From NCBI GenBank assembly GCA_051382335.1, contig JBBCAX010000033.1:1-64000 (forward strand): DNA of 64,000 bases, given 5' to 3'. The notes beneath the pieces were generated by a model. That model saw only the letters and a program-made list of their open reading frames with translations. It did no database searches and was not told where the DNA came from. Each line of letters starts with the position of its first letter. The first letter of the stretch is position 1. A program made the position numbers and the translations under genes. Source of the stretch: Deltaproteobacteria bacterium TL4 (GTDB lineage Bacteria > SAR324 > NAC60-12). Below, piece after piece: positions 40,935-49,973 of the stretch.

Positions 40935-42197
40935 TCACTGTCCCCGCAATAAACGCTTTACTCTTCCCGCATATCCTCTTACTTTTTTGTATTGCATAAA
41001 AACATGCATCCTGTAGGGAAACATTCTATTATATTCTTGAACCCATAACAGGTAAAATGAATCCATTGGTTGTTTTTTAGCAGGCTCAAAACATTGATCA
41101 CGAACACTGTTCAGGACCTTTTCAACAAATTTTCGATACGTGTATCGACCCGATAAAACGATATCCTGGTAGGCAACTTCGGCAATTTTCTCACAAAATT
41201 CAACATCTTTAATTTTTTTAATCACCTCTTCCAGGTTACTCCAGTCCTTCTTGATTTCTATGTAATGAACACCCGCTTTAAAAATACCATCGTACTCGCC
41301 CTCTACTAAAGCCTGACAGGTTTTAGTAATACAGCACTCATAATGTCTAGGAGAAATTGCAAACAGTTTTAAGTTGTTATCTTGTCCTTCAAAACATTGT
41401 TTTTCTGCTTCTTCAAAGTTGGCATCAGGATACTGTTGTGTATAAGCATCAACTCGTCGACGTATTGCACCATCAGGGTCATGCATACTCGCTCCCCCCT
41501 CACAACCGAGAACAACCCTGCATCTTAGAAGGAAATTATACCAATCTTTTCCAGTAAACACATCGGCAGGATCGCAAGATATATCCATCTTCAAACCCGA
41601 ACCCTCTGCCGCATTACACACTTTCTCTGCAAGCAGATGTTTATACTGCCCGTGATGCCCCAACCAATAAGGGATCTTTCTCGCACGATACCCTATATCA
41701 ATATCCCGCTGGTGATGCGGTGTGTTTTTAACCTGACTTTGAAGTTCTTTCAAAGCATCCTCATCAATATACCCTGTCGTGACGGTTACATACTGTTCAA
41801 GCCCCGATTCCTTTTGAGGATAAACTTTCTGATACTCAGATTCAGGAAGACAGGTGAAGATGGTTTTGACTCCAAATTCTTTAAGAAAAAAGTTAATATA
41901 ATTGGAGTTCATATATTCATCCTGGTGTATTGCCACCTTATAACCATGTACTTTTTTAAGTCTTCTACACTCCTTTTGAATCTGTAAGAATTCATCAGAA
42001 TTCCATTTCATTGCTAAAAAAGTATAGTGATAAATCACCAAATCAAAATGAATTTTCTCTACAAAAGGAGGTAACGATAGAGAAGCATTAACATAATAAC
42101 AATCTTCTCCCGAGTATCGCGCAAAGCTGAACAAGTGCTCATCGATTGTGTTCCTGATGTTTTTTTCCCGAATATAATAAATAATGAGAATTTTCAT
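40935..42197 (-). CDS. Putative glycosyltransferase, paralog of 34459-35736
   Basis: IDIGYR, CEGGAS, ISPRHYECCITKTCQALVEGEYDGI..GVHYI. Confidence 0.55.
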   Translation of the reverse strand: MKILIIYYIREKNIRNTIDEHLFSFARYSGEDCYYVNASLSLPPFVEKIHFDLVIYHYTFLAMKWNSDEFLQIQKECRRLKKVHGYKVAIHQDEYMNSNYINFFLKEFGVKTIFTCLPESEYQKVYPQKESGLEQYVTVTTGYIDEDALKELQSQVKNTPHHQRDIDIGYRARKIPYWLGHHGQYKHLLAEKVCNAAEGSGLKMDISCDPADVFTGKDWYNFLLRCRVVLGCEGGASMHDPDGAIRRRVDAYTQQYPDANFEEAEKQCFEGQDNNLKLFAISPRHYECCITKTCQALVEGEYDGIFKAGVHYIEIKKDWSNLEEVIKKIKDVEFCEKIAEVAYQDIVLSGRYTYRKFVEKVLNSVRDQCFEPAKKQPMDSFYLLWVQEYNRMFPYRMHVFMQYKKVRGYAGRVKRLLRGQ

Positions 42198-42257
42198 TCA
42201 AAATTACGCTGATTGAGGATAACAAGAAAGCAACCCCTAAAACATTCGCACAGATTG

Positions 42258-43451
42258 CTAGGAACAGTAATACTCAGGTGCAACATCCAAAATACCATAG
42301 GTTTCTTTGGGATTTTCAATGGTCAAAGAATATTTTTTGTGATGCCACACTAAGTGATTACTCATTTCTTTTTCTGAAATAGAAAAAGAAAACTTATAAG
42401 TTCCTGTTCTTAATGAAAGGGCTTTGGTTACAATCTTGATCATTACAGAACCTTTAAGAGAATCCCAATGGTAGCCATCTGCATTTGAGTAATGTGAAAA
42501 GATTAAGGATTCATCAACATTGGAATGTAAATGCATCATAAAGATTGGATTTTGAACTTCACGATTAAAAAACACAGAAATTTCGAGCTCCAAAGGTTGA
42601 TGAGCCTGCAGTTTTTCTTTATATTTTACTTCTTGAATTTGTATATTATCGTCCGTGGCAATAATTTCACCCGCACTTGCACCGCTTAAATGAAGCATAT
42701 ACTGTTCATATTTATTTGCGATATCAACCGAATCACCATAATTTTGAAAAATACCTTTTTCAATCCACAGTGCGTAATCACACTGATGTTTTACATTATG
42801 CATCCCATGCGTAACCAGAATTATACTGCCTCCACTATTACGATATTCAAAAACTTTCTTAGCACATTTTATCGCAAAACCTAAATCACCAACGGCTAGC
42901 ACTTCGTCAACCAACAAAATGTCCGGCTGAGAATGAATCGCAATTGAAAAACCCAAACGAGCATACATCCCACTTGAATAATACTTCACCGGTGTATCCA
43001 TAAAGGCTTCCTCAATTTCAGAAAACGCAATAATCTCATCAAACTTATCTTTAACTTCCTGTTTCGTCATTCCTAAAATTTGACCGTTAATATAAACGTT
43101 TTCTCTTCCTGTTAACATAGGATGAAATCCTGCTCCAACTTCAATAAGGGCAGCAACCGTAGCATTAAGATTGATATTCCCTTTATCAGGCATAAAGATT
43201 CCACTGATCATTTTTAACATTGTAGATTTACCAGATCCATTACTTCCAATGAGTGCAAGGGAATCTCCTTGCTTTAGCTGAAAACTGATATTGTTTACAG
43301 CCCAAAACTCTGTTTTTCTTAATTGATCAGGATTGTGGTTTAATCCAACGAAATTTCGACATATATCAAAAGCCCCGTACAACATACTGTGTCGAAGAGA
43401 GCGACTATATTTTTTTGAAACATGATCCACTGAAAGAATGACCTCTCCCAT
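42258..43451 (-). CDS. wzt: Polysaccharide ABC transporter ATPase Wzt with C-terminal carbohydrate-binding domain
   Basis: GSNGSGKST Walker A, YSSGMYARLGF signature, LVDEVLAVGD Walker B, about 140-aa C-terminal beta domain. Confidence 0.93.
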   Translation of the reverse strand: MGEVILSVDHVSKKYSRSLRHSMLYGAFDICRNFVGLNHNPDQLRKTEFWAVNNISFQLKQGDSLALIGSNGSGKSTMLKMISGIFMPDKGNINLNATVAALIEVGAGFHPMLTGRENVYINGQILGMTKQEVKDKFDEIIAFSEIEEAFMDTPVKYYSSGMYARLGFSIAIHSQPDILLVDEVLAVGDLGFAIKCAKKVFEYRNSGGSIILVTHGMHNVKHQCDYALWIEKGIFQNYGDSVDIANKYEQYMLHLSGASAGEIIATDDNIQIQEVKYKEKLQAHQPLELEISVFFNREVQNPIFMMHLHSNVDESLIFSHYSNADGYHWDSLKGSVMIKIVTKALSLRTGTYKFSFSISEKEMSNHLVWHHKKYSLTIENPKETYGILDVAPEYYCS

Positions 43452-43454
43452 AGT

Positions 43455-44309
43455 TCAAATTCTCTCTGCAATTTTGGGTTGAGTGATGCGAAAAAACCGT
43501 AGAGATGTGATAAATATAATGGCAATTAAAACGGCTGTAATCCAGTATTCAGAGGAAAGAGGTTGGTTGTAGAGGAGTAAGTTTCTTGAGGTATTGATTA
43601 GGTAATTGAATGGATTCCAATAATTCATTAATCCCAATAGGCTATGTTCATCAATAGGATACATAATGGGCGTAAGCATCATTAAAACATTAATAAAAAT
43701 AGGAAGGATTACTATCACATCACGTACGACTCCAGCAACAATTGAAAGGAAAAATCCCATTCCAACAGCAAATAAATAGACAGGAATTAGTGATAAGAAC
43801 CAGAGAAAAACGGATTCAAAATCAACAGTGACATCATAATAAACCAGTACTGCAATTAACAACGGTAATCGAATTAAAAACTCCACAATCCCAATGGCTG
43901 AAGTTGATAACACTAATGAAGATCTCGGAAAATTGATCTTTGCAATCATCCCCCCGGCATTCACCAGACTGGTCGTCGCCGTAGTAAAAGATACCGAAAA
44001 TAAATTCCATGTCATCAATCCAATCAAGGCGTAGACTATATAAGGGACGTTAACTCCAGAAATATTCAATACTCCTGAGCTATTTAGAATGATAAACATT
44101 CCTATTGTTAACAATGGTAATAAAAAAGCCCAGACTATACCCAACACCGATTGTTTATACCTGACTGAGAATTCTCGTACAAAAAAACTCCAAACCAAAT
44201 CCCAATATTGAGACTGTGCCTCTATCTGCAATCGAATTTTTTTGAAGAATGTTTTCTTATTCACAAAAGACACACCATTCGGTGTATAGTTGATATTGTT
44301 ATCAGTCAT
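43455..44309 (-). CDS. wzm: Polysaccharide ABC transporter permease Wzm
   Basis: REFSVRYKQSVLGxxWAFLxP, KINFPR, RD, TPIMYP, WNP; six TM helices. Confidence 0.93.
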   Translation of the reverse strand: MTDNNINYTPNGVSFVNKKTFFKKIRLQIEAQSQYWDLVWSFFVREFSVRYKQSVLGIVWAFLLPLLTIGMFIILNSSGVLNISGVNVPYIVYALIGLMTWNLFSVSFTTATTSLVNAGGMIAKINFPRSSLVLSTSAIGIVEFLIRLPLLIAVLVYYDVTVDFESVFLWFLSLIPVYLFAVGMGFFLSIVAGVVRDVIVILPIFINVLMMLTPIMYPIDEHSLLGLMNYWNPFNYLINTSRNLLLYNQPLSSEYWITAVLIAIIFITSLRFFRITQPKIAERI

Positions 44310-44325
44310 TACCCTCAACTCAAAT

Positions 44326-45123
44326 TTACTTTATTGCAGTAATGTAAAGGTCTAATCCCATAAGACGAGCAACATTGTTCAAAAAAATTTTTCGTGGAAT
44401 AACAAGACCTGTTTTTATTATGGAAATATCATCAAAGTTTTCAGTATTTATTGACATTTGTGAAAAATCAGAAAAATATTTTTTTATATTTCTTCGAGAA
44501 GAAAAGATCGTATCAGGAGGAGGAGCCCCGTTAGAATCAACATCATAGGCCGCCTTGGAAAAATCGTGGTAGGTTTGTTGTGTTTTCTTAATTTTATTGA
44601 TCAAGTATCGCATCGGTAACAAAGCATAGCGCCTAAAAGAATCTCTATTGTAAACCATCACAATCGCTTTTCCTCCTTTTTTCAAAACTCTGAATACTTC
44701 CTGTACCGCTTTAGGAAAATCCCCCGTGTGATGTAAACATCCTATCGAAACAACACAATCAAAGGTTTTATCTTCAAAATCAAGATTTCTCGCATCACCT
44801 TGTATTGCGGTGGCCTGATTGTTTTTTTCACAAAATAGAATTCTTTGATTCATCATATCCACAGGACTTTTAGCAAAATCAACACCTACATACCGAGCAC
44901 TTGAGTTAAAAAGTAACTGTCCAACTGTTCCATAACCAAGACCAATTTCAAGGATACTTTTTCCTTTTATTTCTGAAATAGGAAGGTATTTTTCCAAATA
45001 AGGATAGTAATCCATATACCATTGATCGAAGGTTTCCAATGCTTCTTTTGTAGCCACCCCAAGTCCCAAATTTGTCCAAGCGATGGTTCCACATAATTCA
45101 TCCCAAAAATTATTTCTCTGCAT
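44326..45123 (-). CDS. Class I SAM-dependent methyltransferase
   Basis: ILEIGLGYG, GDARNLDF..FD.V.S.GCLHHT, RVLKKGG. Confidence 0.9.
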   Translation of the reverse strand: MQRNNFWDELCGTIAWTNLGLGVATKEALETFDQWYMDYYPYLEKYLPISEIKGKSILEIGLGYGTVGQLLFNSSARYVGVDFAKSPVDMMNQRILFCEKNNQATAIQGDARNLDFEDKTFDCVVSIGCLHHTGDFPKAVQEVFRVLKKGGKAIVMVYNRDSFRRYALLPMRYLINKIKKTQQTYHDFSKAAYDVDSNGAPPPDTIFSSRRNIKKYFSDFSQMSINTENFDDISIIKTGLVIPRKIFLNNVARLMGLDLYITAIK

Positions 45124-45166
45124 ACTTTTCCTGAAGTTCCGTTAAAGCGTGATAGTACCCGTTTTT

Positions 45167-45745
45167 TTATTCAACTTTCTCTATTTCATCTTCAGAGATA
45201 ATCTTATACCTCACTCCGATACTGTCCTTTGCCATCCCACCTTCACCAAAATCGAGAACATCGCCATAAGCACTCATCCAGCCAATGATTTTGGCGGGAA
45301 CCCCTGCGACCATCGCGTAAGCGGAAACGTCTTTAGTCACGACTGCCCCGGCTGCGACAAAAGCACACTCGTGGAGGATTACCCCACAAACAATCGTTGC
45401 GTTTGCGCCAATGCTGCTGCCCCGTTTGACCAAGGTTCTGAGATAATCCTTGCTGGTATTTCTGGGATATTCAGTGCGAGGCGTTTTGACATTGGTAAAA
45501 ACCATGCTGGGTCCACAAAAAACATAATCTTCTAAAACGACTCCTTCATAAACAGAGACATTGTTCTGAATTTTGCAATAATTTCCAATCACAACATGAT
45601 CGGCAACAAATACGTTTTGTCCCAAATTACAATGGTCCCCGACCTTTGCCTTTCCCATTACATGAGAATAATGCCAAACCTTCGTTCCCTCTCCAAGGAT
45701 GGCGCCTTCATCAACATACGCTGATTGATGCACAAAATTACCCAT
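45167..45745 (-). CDS. wbpD: UDP-2-acetamido-3-amino-2,3-dideoxy-glucuronate N-acetyltransferase (WbpD/WlbB)
   Basis: KVWHYSHV, GQNV, KIQNNVSVYEGV.LED.VFCGPSMVFTNV..PR, hexapeptide repeats. Confidence 0.88.
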   Translation of the reverse strand: MGNFVHQSAYVDEGAILGEGTKVWHYSHVMGKAKVGDHCNLGQNVFVADHVVIGNYCKIQNNVSVYEGVVLEDYVFCGPSMVFTNVKTPRTEYPRNTSKDYLRTLVKRGSSIGANATIVCGVILHECAFVAAGAVVTKDVSAYAMVAGVPAKIIGWMSAYGDVLDFGEGGMAKDSIGVRYKIISEDEIEKVE

Positions 45746-46695
45746 TATTTTTCCTTCAGTATTTGATGTGAGTGTTTCTGAACGCCCATAGGCTGGAGAT
45801 TACGAATGTCATGAACAATCTGAGTCGCATTACGAATGTCTTCAATACCAAATCCATTTCCTGCTAAAGTTCGCTCATAAATTTTTGTATGAAGGTCCGT
45901 AAAGCCCTCGGAAAACTCCACTTCTTGAGAATCAATGGAAATAGAACGAAAGGTCCGTTGTCCTTTCGCTTTTAGGGTGTCAGGTAAATTTTGTGCATCA
46001 ATAGACAAAAACCAGGGAATATGAGCACGCTCTAATTCCAGATAGCCTGAGACCGTATATTGATCCGAGTAGTGAACTTCATTGCGAACAACAGAGCCAA
46101 ATAACCATTGCAGAAGATCAAAAAAATGCACACCAATGTTGGTTGCCAAGCCCCCCGATTGATCAAGGCGCCCTTTCCAGGAATAGTGATACCATTTTCC
46201 CCTGGACGTAATATAGGTCAAAGTGACCTTATGTTTATGAGCCTTTGATTCCTGGTCTATTTTCTGTTTCAAGGCACACAAAGTCTCATGCACCCTTAGC
46301 TGTAAAACGGTGTTGATCCGTTTCCCTGTTTCTTCCTCAACCTCAGCTAAAGCATCCAGGTTCCAGGGGTTCAAAACTAATGGCTTTTCGCAAATTACAT
46401 TGGCACCTGAGCGTAAAGCGGTTCTGATATGAGCATCATGGAGATGATTCGGCGAACAAACGCTAACGTAATGGACTTCCTGGCCTTGATTGACACGTCT
46501 CAGCTTTTCCAAATGCCTGGAAAATCTTTCAAATTCGACAAAAAAACTGACATCGGGAAAATAAGAATCCAGAAGTCCAACCGAATCATGAGGATCAATC
46601 GCAGCCACCAGAGTGTTGCCTGTTTCTTTAATCGCTTTTAAGTGTCGAGGGGCTATGTACCCTGCAACCCCTGTAATCGCAAAGTTCTTGGACAT
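45745..46695 (-). CDS. wbpB: UDP-N-acetylglucosaminuronate 3-dehydrogenase (WbpB/WlbA, Gfo/Idh/MocA family)
   Basis: GYIAPRHLKAIK, SPNHLHDAH, CEKPLV, YITSRGKWY..SWKG, TNIGVHFFD, EFSEGFTDLH. Confidence 0.9.
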   Translation of the reverse strand: MSKNFAITGVAGYIAPRHLKAIKETGNTLVAAIDPHDSVGLLDSYFPDVSFFVEFERFSRHLEKLRRVNQGQEVHYVSVCSPNHLHDAHIRTALRSGANVICEKPLVLNPWNLDALAEVEEETGKRINTVLQLRVHETLCALKQKIDQESKAHKHKVTLTYITSRGKWYHYSWKGRLDQSGGLATNIGVHFFDLLQWLFGSVVRNEVHYSDQYTVSGYLELERAHIPWFLSIDAQNLPDTLKAKGQRTFRSISIDSQEVEFSEGFTDLHTKIYERTLAGNGFGIEDIRNATQIVHDIRNLQPMGVQKHSHQILKEK

Positions 46696-46711
46696 CAGAA
46701 TTCCTTGAAAA

Positions 46712-49339
46712 TTATAATGCGGTTTTGACCGTAATCATTAAAGCAATGGTGGTGATGGTTTTAAAAATGATATCCACCACTGTCGCGGTTTCTAGTAATG
46801 AACTTTCACGAGGAGACAAATCAGGAGGGACAACGATCGTATCCCCCGCTTGCACCACATAATCCGACAGATCTTTCACCACGGTTCCATTGGGGCGTAT
46901 TACATAAGTATCGTCAAGTTTGACCAAGGATCTCGCACCACCCAAGGAATTAACGTAATATTCAGCTTCCTCTCCCGCTTTGATCGGAAGAGAGGCTTCA
47001 CCTCGAGTGTCTCCTTTAACCAAAACCGTATTGAGAAAAGGCGGAATCGTTAAACTGTCCCCATCCATCAACTCAAAATTATCTGGGCTTCGTTCAAACT
47101 CATCAGCAGGTTTCAATTCAATAACCAACTTTCCAATATTTATTTCTTCAATTTTTGATTGTTCTTTCTGCGAAACATTCTTCTCTCCCTGGTTTGTCGC
47201 TTCTGCTGCGGAAAGGGCTGCGAGTTCATTACTTTCTTTTTTTTCCTGATTGGTTTCTTTGACATTTTCCTTGACCACAGAAATGGCCCTTAAATGGGTC
47301 TCAGGGGAGGTCAAACTTGCTGAAGCTTCGACGGTACTTTGCAAAATAGAACGGTCCATGTCGCGGTTTAAACGCCGATCAGTGGCGTCTTCCCTCGTTT
47401 TCAAGATCCGTCTTGAAAACACAGCTCCTGGAAGAAAGGCTTTGTTCGTAAATCCTCCCGCTTTTTTTAATAAGTGACTGATCCGCTCGCCTGGTAAAAA
47501 TTCATAGGTTCCAGGATACAAGACCTCTCCGGTAATGGAGGCAAATTGCTGTTGTTTATATCCTGCAAGATGCCGAAGAAATATAGAATCACCGTTTTTC
47601 AGAATCAAAGGCGGTTGAGTTTCATGAGTGGCAGGATTAATTTGAACGGTGAATTCATTCCGAGTCGGTTTTTCGTCCACAAATTCCCAGCGTGTAACAC
47701 GGACTATAGGATCAAGCGTTTGTCGATGGTTTAAACCTCCCGCAACAAAAATCATACTTTTCAAACTCATGTTTTCATATAAGGGGTAGCTCCCAGGATT
47801 TCGAACAATTTCCCCATGAATCGTAACTTTTCCACGACTGATAGGGTATAAGCGAATCTTATCTCCATCCTGAATCAGGAAGTCTTTCATTTGTTGATCG
47901 GCCAACACCAGATTGTAATCAAAGGAAATCACTTGTTCTTCCGGAGCAAAACGATTCTTATGATAACTCAACCGAAGAATCTCTCCCCGACTGGCTTCAA
48001 TTTCCTCTCGTAACATCCCGCCTTGTTTTAAGGCCTGCTTTATACTCAACCCTGGAGTTAATTCAAAAGAACCTTCATAAGTGAAGGGGCCTTTGAGGGT
48101 AAATAATTGTTTATTAACCTCAGGGGCGGGAAATATTTTGATAATGTCAAAATTATGTACCGCTTGCTGTGCGGGATCCTCGGTGCTCAAATCCAAAGTG
48201 TTCAGCGTTCGTCCTTTACTGTCAGAAAGTCGTTCCACTTGAATTCTGCCTTGATTTGAGGTGGGTAATATACCACCTCCCAATTCAATTACTTCAGCCA
48301 GGGTTTTTTCTTCTGACAATTCATAAATGCCAGGCTTTCGGACATCACCAGCAAGAGCTGCCGCTTTTTTGAGTAAGGGAACAAATAAGGTATCCCCGCT
48401 TTTCATGTGGACTGATTCAAGGGCTTCGCCTCTCAAAAAATAACCATAGAGGTCCACATTGCCAACGAGTTTTCCACTGCGCTTCCATTGGATGTGTCTC
48501 AAGCTCCCACTTTTTTTAATGCCTCCAACCATCGACAGAATATTATAGACCGATGCGATGGCAGGCACACGATGCAGTCCCGGAGTACGTGCTTCTCCAA
48601 CCACGTTAATCTGAATGGAACGCAATTCTCCCAAAGAGACATACAGAAATTTCGTTTTTTCTGATAACTGCTGATTTAGTTGATCCAACGTTATATCCCA
48701 AGCAAGAATAGGCTGAACACCCGGAGCATGCAAAAGTCCATTATGGTCGATAACTATTGTTTGATTACCTGCTTTTTCTCCTGTGGTTGTATTTTTCGCC
48801 AAACTGTCATGAATTACCAATTCATCTCCTGGGCCTAAACGATAATTTTCTGGGAGCGCAGGATCTGTGATCGGATCAAACGCAAACTGATCCGCATGAA
48901 GCTGGTCATACCCATACTGTTTCAAATATTTTCGATCCAAGAGTTCATCTTCCGCTTCTTGCTCAGGTGTTGCTTTCTTGGCCTGACTCTCTTCTGGGGA
49001 CTCAGAAACCTGTAATTCAAAGTTGCGAAATAACCCGGAAACCAAACCAGGTTGTAACAACCGCTCAAGATAAGAAAGATCTGAAACGATTTTGCGCTGA
49101 GCTTTTGGTGTTTGTACCGGAGCAACTTTACTACTTTCAGGGACTGGAGGCAGTTCTGGTTTTACTGGTTTTACTTGCTGCGGAGGTTCTGGCTCGGGAA
49201 GAGGTATGTTTCTTTGCAGTCGAGATGGTGTATTGGAAAGATTCAGTGCACTTTGGCTGAGAAGCAAAGCCGATTGTGCCCAACTCGCTCCATTCCACAG
49301 TAAGGCTATGGCAAGTAATAGTAACCGTATCCGATTCAT
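46712..49339 (-). CDS. Polysaccharide export protein with SLBB repeats, paralog 3 (first gene of the long minus-strand cluster)
   Basis: Signal peptide, KQYGY, NYRLGPGD, GSLRHIQWKR; shares STVEASASLTSPETHL and DLSPRES...VDIIFKT...KTAL with paralog 2. Confidence 0.9.
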   Translation of the reverse strand: MNRIRLLLLAIALLWNGASWAQSALLLSQSALNLSNTPSRLQRNIPLPEPEPPQQVKPVKPELPPVPESSKVAPVQTPKAQRKIVSDLSYLERLLQPGLVSGLFRNFELQVSESPEESQAKKATPEQEAEDELLDRKYLKQYGYDQLHADQFAFDPITDPALPENYRLGPGDELVIHDSLAKNTTTGEKAGNQTIVIDHNGLLHAPGVQPILAWDITLDQLNQQLSEKTKFLYVSLGELRSIQINVVGEARTPGLHRVPAIASVYNILSMVGGIKKSGSLRHIQWKRSGKLVGNVDLYGYFLRGEALESVHMKSGDTLFVPLLKKAAALAGDVRKPGIYELSEEKTLAEVIELGGGILPTSNQGRIQVERLSDSKGRTLNTLDLSTEDPAQQAVHNFDIIKIFPAPEVNKQLFTLKGPFTYEGSFELTPGLSIKQALKQGGMLREEIEASRGEILRLSYHKNRFAPEEQVISFDYNLVLADQQMKDFLIQDGDKIRLYPISRGKVTIHGEIVRNPGSYPLYENMSLKSMIFVAGGLNHRQTLDPIVRVTRWEFVDEKPTRNEFTVQINPATHETQPPLILKNGDSIFLRHLAGYKQQQFASITGEVLYPGTYEFLPGERISHLLKKAGGFTNKAFLPGAVFSRRILKTREDATDRRLNRDMDRSILQSTVEASASLTSPETHLRAISVVKENVKETNQEKKESNELAALSAAEATNQGEKNVSQKEQSKIEEINIGKLVIELKPADEFERSPDNFELMDGDSLTIPPFLNTVLVKGDTRGEASLPIKAGEEAEYYVNSLGGARSLVKLDDTYVIRPNGTVVKDLSDYVVQAGDTIVVPPDLSPRESSLLETATVVDIIFKTITTIALMITVKTAL

Positions 49340-49580
49340 ACATCCCTGTTAACTAGTTATCGCACATGATATTGAGACGAGTTTTGCTGGAGTATATTCT
49401 GAGGATCCTTCAACGTCACAGATCAGAATACTAACTGATGCTCTTCATAAAATAAAGGAGGCACCCTTTCATAACCCACACCAATTGTCCAGATAAAAAG
49501 GCTCTCAAAATAGAGTAAATTTAATCGGATTTCTCTCTGATTTGATTTGACGATTGTCTCATTTCATAGCAGAGTGAACC

Positions 49581-49973
49581 TTGTCTCCCCGATCCTTCAT
49601 TAATCAACAATCAAACAAAGTTTCTATGTGGATTAGAGATTTATCTATCCTGTGTTCATCCTCCTCAGAAAAAGTTTTTGAAATCTTACTCCGTTATGTG
49701 ATTCAAACGGGAAAACCTACACAGTCTCAAGTTCCTATTGAAAAAACAAATCCATTTTACATCGCACTACCGGAGGAATTACTCCTGATTCTTACCACTG
49801 AAACTTCAACCCCAAATGGGGCAAATTTAAAACTGCGTATTCAACCTTATAACCTTCCTGATGAAATGGATCAAAAGCAAGTACTCAACACTTTTCCCGA
49901 ACGTCTCATTCACTATCTAGACGAAAAGCAACCGGAGTGGGAGTTGACACTGCACCCTTTGTCTCACCCTTGA
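49581..49973 (+). CDS. Hypothetical protein
   Basis: 130-aa ORF filling the gap, convergent with kdsB (10-bp overlap); start uncertain (ATG 49626 possible). Confidence 0.5.
   Translation: MSPRSFINQQSNKVSMWIRDLSILCSSSSEKVFEILLRYVIQTGKPTQSQVPIEKTNPFYIALPEELLLILTTETSTPNGANLKLRIQPYNLPDEMDQKQVLNTFPERLIHYLDEKQPEWELTLHPLSHP

Noticed and set aside
49340..49580. ops/JUMPStart antitermination element upstream of the 36-kb operon
   Set aside because: No GGCGGTAG match seen on the minus strand and no rfaH/nusG paralog in the window
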